From: a virus
Lineage: Duplodnaviria > Caudoviricetes
Length of the DNA stretch: 64,000 bases
IMG/VR virus record: IMGVR_UViG_3300037067_017859
Location: 45,284 to 109,283 of that record
Direction: 5' to 3' (one strand)
Shown here: positions 56,827-64,000 of the stretch, one piece after another
Layout of the letters: the number at the start of each line of letters is the position of its first letter
Position numbering within the stretch: the first letter of the stretch is position 1
The notes under the pieces: model-generated
Told to the model about the DNA's origin: nothing
What the model saw: the letters and a program-made list of their open reading frames with translations, nothing else
The model's database searches: none
Made by a program: the position numbers and the translations under genes

Positions 56827-57348
56827 TTACCAGATTAAGTTCTGGAGCAGGACCGAATTGGTTCCCGCCGTTGTATTTCGCGCCGTCAATGCAACACCAT
56901 AATTTGCATTGATGAAAACGCCGGCTGCTTGTCGACCGAAAGTGTTATCCGTTCCGTAGCAGCAACCATCACCAGCCGCAGTTGAAGCCGCGGTAAGAGC
57001 AGTGACGACGCCACCCACTTGAATCCAGCTATAATGTTGATCCGTAATAACACAACCAGCAACACCCGCGACCAGATTTACGCCGGCGGCGATCGCTGAA
57101 CTGATATCGCCTGTAGCAATAAAACTTCCCGCGGTCGGAGCCAGAGTTTTCCAGTAAAGGACTCCACCAGCTACCGCGGCAATATTATCGGAGCCATTAT
57201 CAAATTGGACATACCGATAGACATTGCCATTATGACGATACAGTACGCCAAGGGGAGGCTTAGCAACTAAATCGTCTGCATATCCCGGACCTGCCGAAGG
57301 TATCTCGACAGTTTCCAGGGTTCCAAATGTGAAAAGACCGTCTACCAT
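56827..57348 (-). CDS. capsid cement/decoration protein
   Basis: LG...GNVYRYV...WIQVGG; directly after the major capsid gene. Confidence 0.65.
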   Translation of the reverse strand: MVDGLFTFGTLETVEIPSAGPGYADDLVAKPPLGVLYRHNGNVYRYVQFDNGSDNIAAVAGGVLYWKTLAPTAGSFIATGDISSAIAAGVNLVAGVAGCVITDQHYSWIQVGGVVTALTAASTAAGDGCCYGTDNTFGRQAAGVFINANYGVALTARNTTAGTNSVLLQNLIW

Positions 57349-57372
57349 GGAATTACTCCTTTCGAGACCCTA

Positions 57373-58347
57373 TTACAGGGTATTTACTCCGGTGAGCATG
57401 AAGAACAGCCTTGGCGCCGGAATCAAAAGATTCCCGGAGAAAAGGTATTGGCCAGCGACGTCATCCGTGTTCTGCGCTTCCTTGAAACCTGTGAATCCGA
57501 ATTGATACTTCGGCAGGGTGGAAATCCAGAACTGGATGTATTTGGTATTCAGGCCGAAAATATATCCGGCAGGGGCATATTGATCGACGGTGATCGAAGA
57601 CCCATTCCATCTCAATGATTGGAAGCCGATCTTGGCAACATCGGTGTTCTCTTCGAGAAACCGTTGTTGTGGCTGGATCTTGTTCCAGATCATGTCCCAA
57701 ATTAACTGGCTGGTAACGATGAGATCGATATGTTCATTACCGAACCATGAGGCGCCATACGCAGCTTGCAGGCCAAGCATTGTGAATGGATTGAGGGTGT
57801 TGACGTATCCGTTGATGCCTTGGTTGTTGGTGCCGGCAACGATCCCGAGATCCGTACGGGTTATCCCGCCATAAGACGGATAGGTATTGCCGTTATCCAA
57901 AGCTTGTTGGAAACCGTCGAGGTTGATGGTCGCCGAATTAACTCCGGTTCCATCCAGGAAAATGTCCGTGCCAAGCAATTTGGCCATCTTGCCGGAAGCG
58001 TTTACCATCTTGCTTTCGACATAATTCATTGCGGCGTCCGGTCCACGAGCCAACACGTTATCAGTTCCGAACAATGTCACGTTGACATAGTAAAACTTCG
58101 GATTGACCTCGAGGGCAGTGTCGGTTTGCACGTACGTAATATTGAAGGTGCCACCGCGTTGGAATGCTCCGCCGTTCAATTCAGCGTACGCTATTGGGTG
58201 CCGAATAGTCGTACCACCTTCAAAGCGTTCTGCATTCCTCGTACGAAGCCGGGTGAAGACAGGAGATGATTTATACACGTTGTCCACGAGCCGTGGAACG
58301 ATATGTTTGTTCACCTTACCTGTTATGTCATCCCAAGTAAGAGCCAT
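57373..58347 (-). CDS. major capsid protein
   Basis: 324 aa; LVDNVYKSSP...GGTTIRHP...LDGFQ...YGGITR...GFQSL...YIFGLNTKY; follows the scaffold gene. Confidence 0.88.
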   Translation of the reverse strand: MALTWDDITGKVNKHIVPRLVDNVYKSSPVFTRLRTRNAERFEGGTTIRHPIAYAELNGGAFQRGGTFNITYVQTDTALEVNPKFYYVNVTLFGTDNVLARGPDAAMNYVESKMVNASGKMAKLLGTDIFLDGTGVNSATINLDGFQQALDNGNTYPSYGGITRTDLGIVAGTNNQGINGYVNTLNPFTMLGLQAAYGASWFGNEHIDLIVTSQLIWDMIWNKIQPQQRFLEENTDVAKIGFQSLRWNGSSITVDQYAPAGYIFGLNTKYIQFWISTLPKYQFGFTGFKEAQNTDDVAGQYLFSGNLLIPAPRLFFMLTGVNTL

Positions 58348-58564
58348 AACATTTACTCCATCAATAAAAGGTTACAAGTTTCCGCTTATGCGGATCTTCC
58401 GGCTAACGCTTGCTAGTCGGCTAATCTGCACTTGCCTCTGTCTTGCTGCCTTCCATCCATGGCTCCCCGGGATGCTCCCCGGTTCCACTTCTGGCTCGGG
58501 CGCCGCCATTGGGGCTCGTGCCTTAAAGGGGCCAGACTGCCTGGCCCCACCATCTCAGGGCCGC

Positions 58565-59404
58565 TTATACGCCCTTTCCTTCTGCCCGGAGTTCTGCCCC
58601 TATTAAATTCGAAAGCCTTGGATCTCCAAGGGGAATGTCATCAGGGATTCCGGTGTCCTTCTTTGCGATCCTGGATTGCAGAGGTCCGAGATTCGGTTCC
58701 CCCCCACTCCCCTGATCCAAAGGAAGGTTTGCAGCTTTTATACGATCATTGTATTTCTTCTCGTAATCCGCCTCGAGTGTAGCTTTGAGTTTCTCAATCG
58801 AGAAATCTTTAGTAAGAAACTCGTAGGCTGCCTCTATGTCACCGCCTCGCTTTTGCGCTTCCGCAATCAGTTGAATACGATCTAAAGGCTTTCCGTATTC
58901 AGCTTGGCATTTCTGCTGCAAGTCGATGACTTGAAAAATGGCCGCGCCGAGGTTATCTCCCCGCTTGGTCACTTCTTCTTCAAACTTTGCGGCTGTAATG
59001 AGTTCACCCTTTTCTATTTTTTGGGTAAAACCCTGAACTGCTTGTTCAAGGGTAGCTGTTTTCTCTCTGGCTTGAGATAGTTCCGCTCGAGCCTCTTTGA
59101 GAGCTTTTGTTATAGCAGCGTCCTCATCTCCCGATAGTCCATCATCGATCGAAGTTGCCTTTGCCGCTTCAAGCGCCGCAATCGTTTCTTTCAGCGTCTT
59201 GGATTCGGCTAAAGCTTCCTTGTACTGCTTATCCGCGCTAGAGTGCCAATCCTTCCACTCTTTTTCCTTAGCGGTAAGTTCGTTCATCTTGCGCGAATAA
59301 TCCGCCTGACGAAGTTGGCCTTCTTCAAGCATTTTGCGCGTTCCTTCTCTTTCAGCTTCCGGAAGTAAATCCACAAGCTTCTGGAGTTCCGGTGTTAACG
59401 CCAT
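58565..59404 (-). CDS. capsid scaffolding protein
   Basis: LRQADYSRKMNEL motif, acidic coiled coil; upstream of the capsid gene. Confidence 0.75.
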   Translation of the reverse strand: MALTPELQKLVDLLPEAEREGTRKMLEEGQLRQADYSRKMNELTAKEKEWKDWHSSADKQYKEALAESKTLKETIAALEAAKATSIDDGLSGDEDAAITKALKEARAELSQAREKTATLEQAVQGFTQKIEKGELITAAKFEEEVTKRGDNLGAAIFQVIDLQQKCQAEYGKPLDRIQLIAEAQKRGGDIEAAYEFLTKDFSIEKLKATLEADYEKKYNDRIKAANLPLDQGSGGEPNLGPLQSRIAKKDTGIPDDIPLGDPRLSNLIGAELRAEGKGV

Positions 59405-59458
59405 ACTTTTAATCCATTACTATCTACCCTGATTCGACATTTTCCGAAGTCCGTCAGT

Positions 59459-59473
59459 GTAAACCCGGTTTAC
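59459..59473. repeat. palindrome GTAAACCCGGTTTAC, copy 3
   Basis: intergenic, upstream of the scaffold gene. Confidence 0.9.
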
Positions 59474-59474
59474 T

Positions 59475-59870
59475 TTAGGCTAATGCCGGCCCTTGGCCTG
59501 GTCCTCCACGACCTTGCGGTGGAGGATTGCCTTGTGCTCCGGCGCCTCCATCACCCCCACCCACTTCAGGAGTTTGAGGCGATGATCTGACGGCTGACAA
59601 TCCAGAATCCAATATCGCTGTAGCTCGAGCGGCGAAGGGAGCCATTAACGGCTCTGTCTTAGCCATCTCCTCTAAGACCTTTTTTATTGCTTCAACCTGA
59701 GTCGTTACCGCTCCATGAGGATCCGGGGCGCCTGGGGCTGGCATTCCGCCTGCCCTTCTAGCTGCAATCGCTCCAAGCCCACCCCCAGGTTCAGACGGCG
59801 CAGGTTGCCCTTGCTGGCTGCCTATTGAGGGATCCGGCAAAGGAGGCATATCCAACCCTGGCGCTGGCAT
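59475..59870 (-). CDS. Pro/Gly-rich head-module protein
   Basis: 131 aa, low complexity with a central helix pair. Confidence 0.7.
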   Translation of the reverse strand: MPAPGLDMPPLPDPSIGSQQGQPAPSEPGGGLGAIAARRAGGMPAPGAPDPHGAVTTQVEAIKKVLEEMAKTEPLMAPFAARATAILDSGLSAVRSSPQTPEVGGGDGGAGAQGNPPPQGRGGPGQGPALA

Positions 59871-59872
59871 AG

Positions 59873-60028
59873 TTATTCAACCTTGCCTTTCTTTCCCGAT
59901 TCAGACTTCTGATTCGCAGAATCCGGTGTCGTGGACAGAGGAACAAAAGTGGCCGGCGATTGGATTCCAGCCGGTTGAGTATTGTCTCCATGACCCTCGA
60001 AACTTCCTTCTTTCTTTTCTTCAGCCAT
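59873..60028 (-). CDS. small hypothetical protein
   Basis: AAGGAG SD before MAEEKKEG. Confidence 0.65.
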   Translation of the reverse strand: MAEEKKEGSFEGHGDNTQPAGIQSPATFVPLSTTPDSANQKSESGKKGKVE

Positions 60029-60056
60029 AATAAATGATCTCCTTTTGAAATACTGG

Positions 60057-60239
60057 CTACCTGCGGTTTGTACCCCGCATACTCTTTCGACCTTTAGCTT
60101 TCCGATATCCGGCAAGCTCTTTGGCCTGATCTGCCGCTTCTGATTTCAGTTCCTTTTTGGAACCTCTCCGAAGCTTTTTAACTAAGCTTGCGTGTTCATT
60201 AACAAGCTCTTTTTTATCCATGCAGATCTTGGGACTCAT
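60057..60239 (-). CDS. small basic protein
   Basis: ELVNEHASLVKKL...; ends KGRKSMRGTNRR; TAATG coupling. Confidence 0.7.
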   Translation of the reverse strand: MSPKICMDKKELVNEHASLVKKLRRGSKKELKSEAADQAKELAGYRKAKGRKSMRGTNRR

Positions 60240-60385
60240 TACTTTCTCCCGGATCCGCGGCCGCCCTTCCGAGTTTTCTTCCTTTTGGCAAACCGTTCCT
60301 GAGATTCTTCCTTCTCTTCGCCGGCATGTTCCGCGGCTTCATGTTTTGCAAATTCTTCCGATGATCGATCCCCTTTACCTGTCAT
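60239..60385 (-). CDS. 48-aa protein with basic tail (not in the ORF track)
   Basis: ATGA and TAATG overlaps with both neighbours; MTGKGDRSSEEFAKHEAAEH...KRKKTRKGGRGSGRK. Confidence 0.75.
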   Translation of the reverse strand: MTGKGDRSSEEFAKHEAAEHAGEEKEESQERFAKRKKTRKGGRGSGRK

Positions 60386-60606
60386 CTTCGCCCTCCTCGA
60401 CTCGATTTTCTTGCAACTTTGCGCCCTTTACGATTCTTCGATTGCCCGGAGACGTGCAAGCCAATTGCCACTGCCTGGCTCGGGCTCTCAACTACAGGTC
60501 CGGTTTTGGATCCGGAATGGAGTTCTCCGCGCTTAAACTTGCTCATTTCTTCATGCATCCGTTTGCACTTTGCTTCTTTAGAAGCGCTTTTAGGTAATGT
60601 CGGCAT
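60382..60606 (-). CDS. DUF6496-like small basic protein
   Basis: MSKFKRGELHSGSKTGPVV...QAVAIGL; GGAGG SD. Confidence 0.8.
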   Translation of the reverse strand: MPTLPKSASKEAKCKRMHEEMSKFKRGELHSGSKTGPVVESPSQAVAIGLHVSGQSKNRKGRKVARKSSRGGRR

Positions 60607-60608
60607 AA

Positions 60609-60887
60609 TTACCTCCGTGAAAATCTTCGGCCATTACGAGCGCCAAGCTTCCGGGATTTTCGCGGCATGCTTTCTTTCCGCGAAGATAATTCATCAAGTC
60701 CATCCACCTCGCTCCGCATATGTCCAATAGCCTTTTCATGCCTTCCAGAATCTTTTTTGAGATCGAGATAATCACGGATTGTTCTGGAATCATTTTCGAG
60801 TCGATATTTTTCTTCTTGGATCAAATCTGGAGGCGCAGCCGCAGTATTGAACTTTGGGCCTTTAAAACTTTTCTTTTTCCTTGTCAT
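60609..60887 (-). CDS. small basic protein
   Basis: GGAG SD before MTRKKK; YRLENDSRTI; ends RNGRRFSRR. Confidence 0.7.
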   Translation of the reverse strand: MTRKKKSFKGPKFNTAAAPPDLIQEEKYRLENDSRTIRDYLDLKKDSGRHEKAIGHMRSEVDGLDELSSRKESMPRKSRKLGARNGRRFSRR

Positions 60888-60970
60888 TTTAATCTCCGGG
60901 ATTGGCTGGCGTTTGGCGGGTAGATAATGCCAGGCGCCAGCCAATCAACTTCGGAATTGCCGTCACACCC

Positions 60971-60995
60971 ATCCTACTACACCGCTGTCAAGCCC
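60971..60995 (-). promoter_or_regulatory. late-promoter-like motif, copy B
   Basis: GGGCTTGACA-GCGGTGTAG-TAGGAT. Confidence 0.7.
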
Positions 60996-61000
60996 CCCCC

Positions 61001-61375
61001 CTATCGGCGGGCTGTTGAACGTCCTGTTTTACGGGCTTTTCTGGTCTTGGTAATAACCTTCTCACCCTCATGTAATTTGGCTGGACCAGACTTTTTGATT
61101 CTGCCGCCCTTACGATAGCCTTCGGCAGACATAGCCGATGTCTTGCCTGCGGCTTTATTTTCTTTTCTCAAAAGCTCCATACCCATCTTTCGCGCCTGAA
61201 GCGCATTGTTTGAAAGAAGCTTTGAGTAATCATCCCCTAAAGGTTGAGGGTTCTTTATTTGTCCAAGAATATTTCTTGCACTATGATGTTCTCTGAACTG
61301 TTTTTCCTTTTTATCGGCGTAATCAAGCCAGTCTTTCGATTTCCCTGTTTTGGGCAACAATTCATTTTCAGGCAT
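61001..61375 (-). CDS. small basic protein with KGG motif
   Basis: YRKGGRIKKSG...LHEGEKVI; ends RKTGRSTARR. Confidence 0.7.
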   Translation of the reverse strand: MPENELLPKTGKSKDWLDYADKKEKQFREHHSARNILGQIKNPQPLGDDYSKLLSNNALQARKMGMELLRKENKAAGKTSAMSAEGYRKGGRIKKSGPAKLHEGEKVITKTRKARKTGRSTARR

Positions 61376-61377
61376 AG

Positions 61378-61782
61378 TTATGCTCCGATCGGTCTTCCAT
61401 TAGGACCAAATAATGTTCCCGGTCTGAAACCTTCAGGAGAGGTTACAGGAGAGGGAGATTCAATATTTGCTATTGGGCGCTGGACTTCAATTTCCCGATA
61501 GCAACCAACGCACTTAAATGAAAGACGGCCATCCCCAGTTTGGGCTTTTGCTTCATAAACCGATTTTTTATTTCTGCGTTTACAATCCGGCGCCGGGCAG
61601 GTAAAGACAACGTAATCCGATCCCTTTGCTCGTACAATTGAAACCATCCGGTGCTTTATGACTTTTTTTCGAGACACTAAGCTTTGAATGCCATCAAGTT
61701 CTTTCCGAACAGTTGTTGTCGGGTATCCACCTGGTCTGTTGACGATTTTTTCAGCATTTGCTTGAAAAACAATTCCGGGCAT
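61378..61782 (-). CDS. zinc-ribbon protein
   Basis: CPAPDC...CVGC; AAGGAG SD before MPGIV. Confidence 0.7.
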   Translation of the reverse strand: MPGIVFQANAEKIVNRPGGYPTTTVRKELDGIQSLVSRKKVIKHRMVSIVRAKGSDYVVFTCPAPDCKRRNKKSVYEAKAQTGDGRLSFKCVGCYREIEVQRPIANIESPSPVTSPEGFRPGTLFGPNGRPIGA

Positions 61783-61792
61783 ATTGCTCCTT

Positions 61793-63685
61793 CTATATAG
61801 CGGCCGCATTCGACTGAGTGGCATTGCCGACTTTTTCCAAAGCTCCAGGAGTCAAGCCCCCGCCGCCGCCTGTCGCGCCCTGCTTTTGTCTCATAGCTTG
61901 GGCCAGAATATTGGCGCCTTCTTCATCGATGCCTTTTCTGACGGATTCATACAATCCACCGAGGTCAAGAGAATCGAGAAGATTTTTAAGGTCCATGTCT
62001 CCCATACTACGGAGTCGAATCATAAGGGCTTGCTGTGGCATTCGGGCTGATTTGAGAAGGGATCCGGGAACCATAAGGAAAGTAAACTTCTTCCAGTGTT
62101 CTTCGGCCTTATCTCCTGACGGCACCATTGTTCCGGGATCATAATCAAAATCCTCCCAGGTGAGACCGTCACTGCCAAGCAATTGCATCCGGCGCTTTAG
62201 GGTATAATATTGAAAAGCATTAGGAACCCATTGCTGGCCAACCTGCTTCATAAAATCTTCAATGTAGCGGACCTTTAACCTGACGAGAGTTTGTTGTCCT
62301 TCTTTCATTGACTCGATAGTGTCACTGGCCGGGACGATACCGCGGCGAGACATACTGCCCATATCCAGGAAGCCGCTTTGGCTATCCAATTCCTGTTGAG
62401 CATAGAGCATTGTCTGAAAGACAAATCCCGGAAGAACAGGAGAAGGGGCATAAGTCGGAGCAGCAATAGAACTCGGGCTATAGAAGATCTTGGCATTCGG
62501 CATATTCGGGTCAAGGCTTTTCTTTACCGCGGCTCCGAAGGCATTATCAGGAGCAAGTAGCATCGGGTTGACAGCCTTCTTGACCGCATCCAGAATGCCT
62601 GCAAGTACATTATTCATGACATCTTGCAATGGCATCTGGTTTCTAAATTCCGATATGCCTGGCCATTGCCATGGCACACGGTTTAGTCTAAGGCAGGAGA
62701 ATGGGAACATCCCATGATAGAATGGGTTGGGTCCGTCGAAAAGTACCACGGGTCCTCCCATAATAATAAGGCGTCCTCGAGGGTACAGTTTCTCTCCAGG
62801 ATGAACCATATATCCATAATCCCCACTTTGCTGTCCTCCATTGCCAACCCAAACTTCACGGTTTGATGTATTCCTTTGTGAATCCCGGACCCAAAATTCC
62901 CGATATAAAGCCATGGGAATAGCTGATTCCCGGATCTGAGTTGAGGACTGTCCAAATAGCCGGCGCATTTGCGGAGACATAACCTGCATGCCTCGAGTCC
63001 AAAGATTCTGATTCGGAGTACTCGTGTATTGTGAATATTCCTTGTCGACAGGGACGCGAAAGCCACGGAGAGGATATTTCTCTTTGAACCAACTTAGAGG
63101 TTTTGGGCAACGGTAAATGACACCCATTGCCCTTTGCAGAGTATGAGAAGGCCGGATTGGAATCAGATCCATAGCGCCAAGGGGAATAAGCTCCATTTCC
63201 CCATCGCCATTCCTTAGATCCGGGTTCCACATCAGCCGGCCATATCCGATTGTCAGAGCGGCATGAATGATGATCATTGCCAGACTCATATCGATATCTT
63301 CATTCGTGAACCAGGCCCCGATCATTTTATTCAGAACTTTGGCATGCTGATCGTAAAGCTTATTGTTCGATTTAATTTCGAATGAAGGTCGAATATCAGT
63401 GAGGTAGGATATCAATTGAACCAGATTGGTCCATAGCCGATTGGCGACCGGCGCGGCTTTATAGCTTGGCCGGCGCTCAACCCACTGTTTTCCCATCAAG
63501 TAATTGATTGCGCGATCAATTTGGACAATCTCATCATTGCGTTCGAGATCGTCTTTAGCCTCTTCAAAAACCGCCTCACACCATTTGCTGATAATTACAT
63601 CGTGGGCGTTTTCTTGAATTGGCCATGTTTTCCCCGAAGGGTCAAACGAGTACCAGCCCGGGAGATCCAAAGCATTATCCTCCAA
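61793..63685 (-). CDS. portal protein (P22/podovirus-like)
   Basis: 630 aa; YLMGKQW...P, RPSF, GYG, NPFYHGMFPF, WPGIS...PLQ..MN; first large gene of the head module. Confidence 0.88.
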   Translation of the reverse strand: MEDNALDLPGWYSFDPSGKTWPIQENAHDVIISKWCEAVFEEAKDDLERNDEIVQIDRAINYLMGKQWVERRPSYKAAPVANRLWTNLVQLISYLTDIRPSFEIKSNNKLYDQHAKVLNKMIGAWFTNEDIDMSLAMIIIHAALTIGYGRLMWNPDLRNGDGEMELIPLGAMDLIPIRPSHTLQRAMGVIYRCPKPLSWFKEKYPLRGFRVPVDKEYSQYTSTPNQNLWTRGMQVMSPQMRRLFGQSSTQIRESAIPMALYREFWVRDSQRNTSNREVWVGNGGQQSGDYGYMVHPGEKLYPRGRLIIMGGPVVLFDGPNPFYHGMFPFSCLRLNRVPWQWPGISEFRNQMPLQDVMNNVLAGILDAVKKAVNPMLLAPDNAFGAAVKKSLDPNMPNAKIFYSPSSIAAPTYAPSPVLPGFVFQTMLYAQQELDSQSGFLDMGSMSRRGIVPASDTIESMKEGQQTLVRLKVRYIEDFMKQVGQQWVPNAFQYYTLKRRMQLLGSDGLTWEDFDYDPGTMVPSGDKAEEHWKKFTFLMVPGSLLKSARMPQQALMIRLRSMGDMDLKNLLDSLDLGGLYESVRKGIDEEGANILAQAMRQKQGATGGGGGLTPGALEKVGNATQSNAAAI

Positions 63686-63689
63686 CTCC

Positions 63690-63714
63690 AGTGTAACTGA
63701 TCGCTGTCAAGCCC
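63690..63714 (-). promoter_or_regulatory. late-promoter-like motif, copy A
   Basis: GGGCTTGACA-GCGATCAGT-TACACT. Confidence 0.7.
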
Positions 63715-64000
63715 CTACCCCATCTGATTAAATTTGGTTTGAGGAGGATGAACATCTATTGCTGGAACAACGCCGAATTCATGACAGGCCCGAGTCAAGT
63801 CAGTCTTCCGGCCGATGTGGACTTCTTTGCCGTCCGGATCCAGATTACGGGTGCTGAATGACTGGAAAACGCTCACCGCGGCGAGAGAAAAGAGACGTTC
63901 CATTCGCGTACCACAGGTTGAACAATCTCTAGTCTCTTCAGTCATCCCCCACCGAAGATAGGATTCCTTTGCCCCACAAGCCGGGCAAAGGAATCCAATC
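63715..64000 (-). CDS. FmdB-like zinc-ribbon protein, 5' end outside the window
   Basis: frame is open to the edge: IGFLCPACG...CSTCGTRMERLFS. Confidence 0.7.
   Translation of the reverse strand, partial: IGFLCPACGAKESYLRWGMTEETRDCSTCGTRMERLFSLAAVSVFQSFSTRNLDPDGKEVHIGRKTDLTRACHEFGVVPAIDVHPPQTKFNQMG

Noticed and set aside
58348-58564. c-di-GMP riboswitch partnering the GGDEF domain
   Set aside because: The GEMM-I and GEMM-II consensus elements are not recognisable; kept only as an unknown structured region.
59405-59460. Fifth copy of the late promoter before the scaffold gene
   Set aside because: It shares AATGGATTAAAA with the leader of copy D but lacks CTTGACAG at the required distance.
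1-64000. Stop-codon reassignment
   Set aside because: Conserved genes are intact in the standard code, and TAA, TAG and TGA all end genes at tight junctions.
1-64000. CRISPR array, tRNA or rRNA genes
   Set aside because: No regularly spaced repeats or cloverleaf/T-loop signatures were noticed by eye. A tRNAscan/Infernal run is needed to exclude them fully.

Overview
This window is about 64 kb of a tailed dsDNA phage (or prophage) genome with podovirus-type architecture, read in the standard genetic code. No tape measure or tail tube gene is recognisable. Layout: 1-5.9 kb is a mostly + strand accessory block (truncated C5 DNA methyltransferase, minimal tyrosine recombinase, methyltransferase-GT2-GT2 fusion). 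6-18.4 kb is a - strand replication/recombination operon (DnaB, DnaC-like loader, initiator, GIY-YIG, HNH, SSB, SbcC/SbcD, N4/N6 methyltransferase, putative ssDNA-annealing protein). 18.5-21.4 kb is an atypical lysis block. 21.5-37.2 kb holds putative ejection proteins, including a 4231-aa polyvalent protein (GGDEF, ART-like, DNA methyltransferase, strawberry-notch helicase, HExxH peptidase, LPD38-like). 37.2-56.5 kb holds tail and appendage genes with several paralogous sets and a jacalin lectin insert. 56.5-64 kb is the head module (decoration proteins, major capsid, scaffold, small basic proteins, portal). A large terminase and a repressor are not seen and are presumably outside the window. 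The most notable signals are: (1) a diguanylate-cyclase-like domain in the giant, probably injected, protein; (2) four copies of a late-region promoter-like motif CTTGACAG-N8-TANNNT, with only 9 nt between the hexamers; (3) six small proteins sharing an Arg/Lys-rich C-terminal tail; (4) three tandem ~740-aa virion paralogs; (5) a 15-bp palindrome found three times at gene ends. All calls come from reading motifs by eye; no database searches were run.
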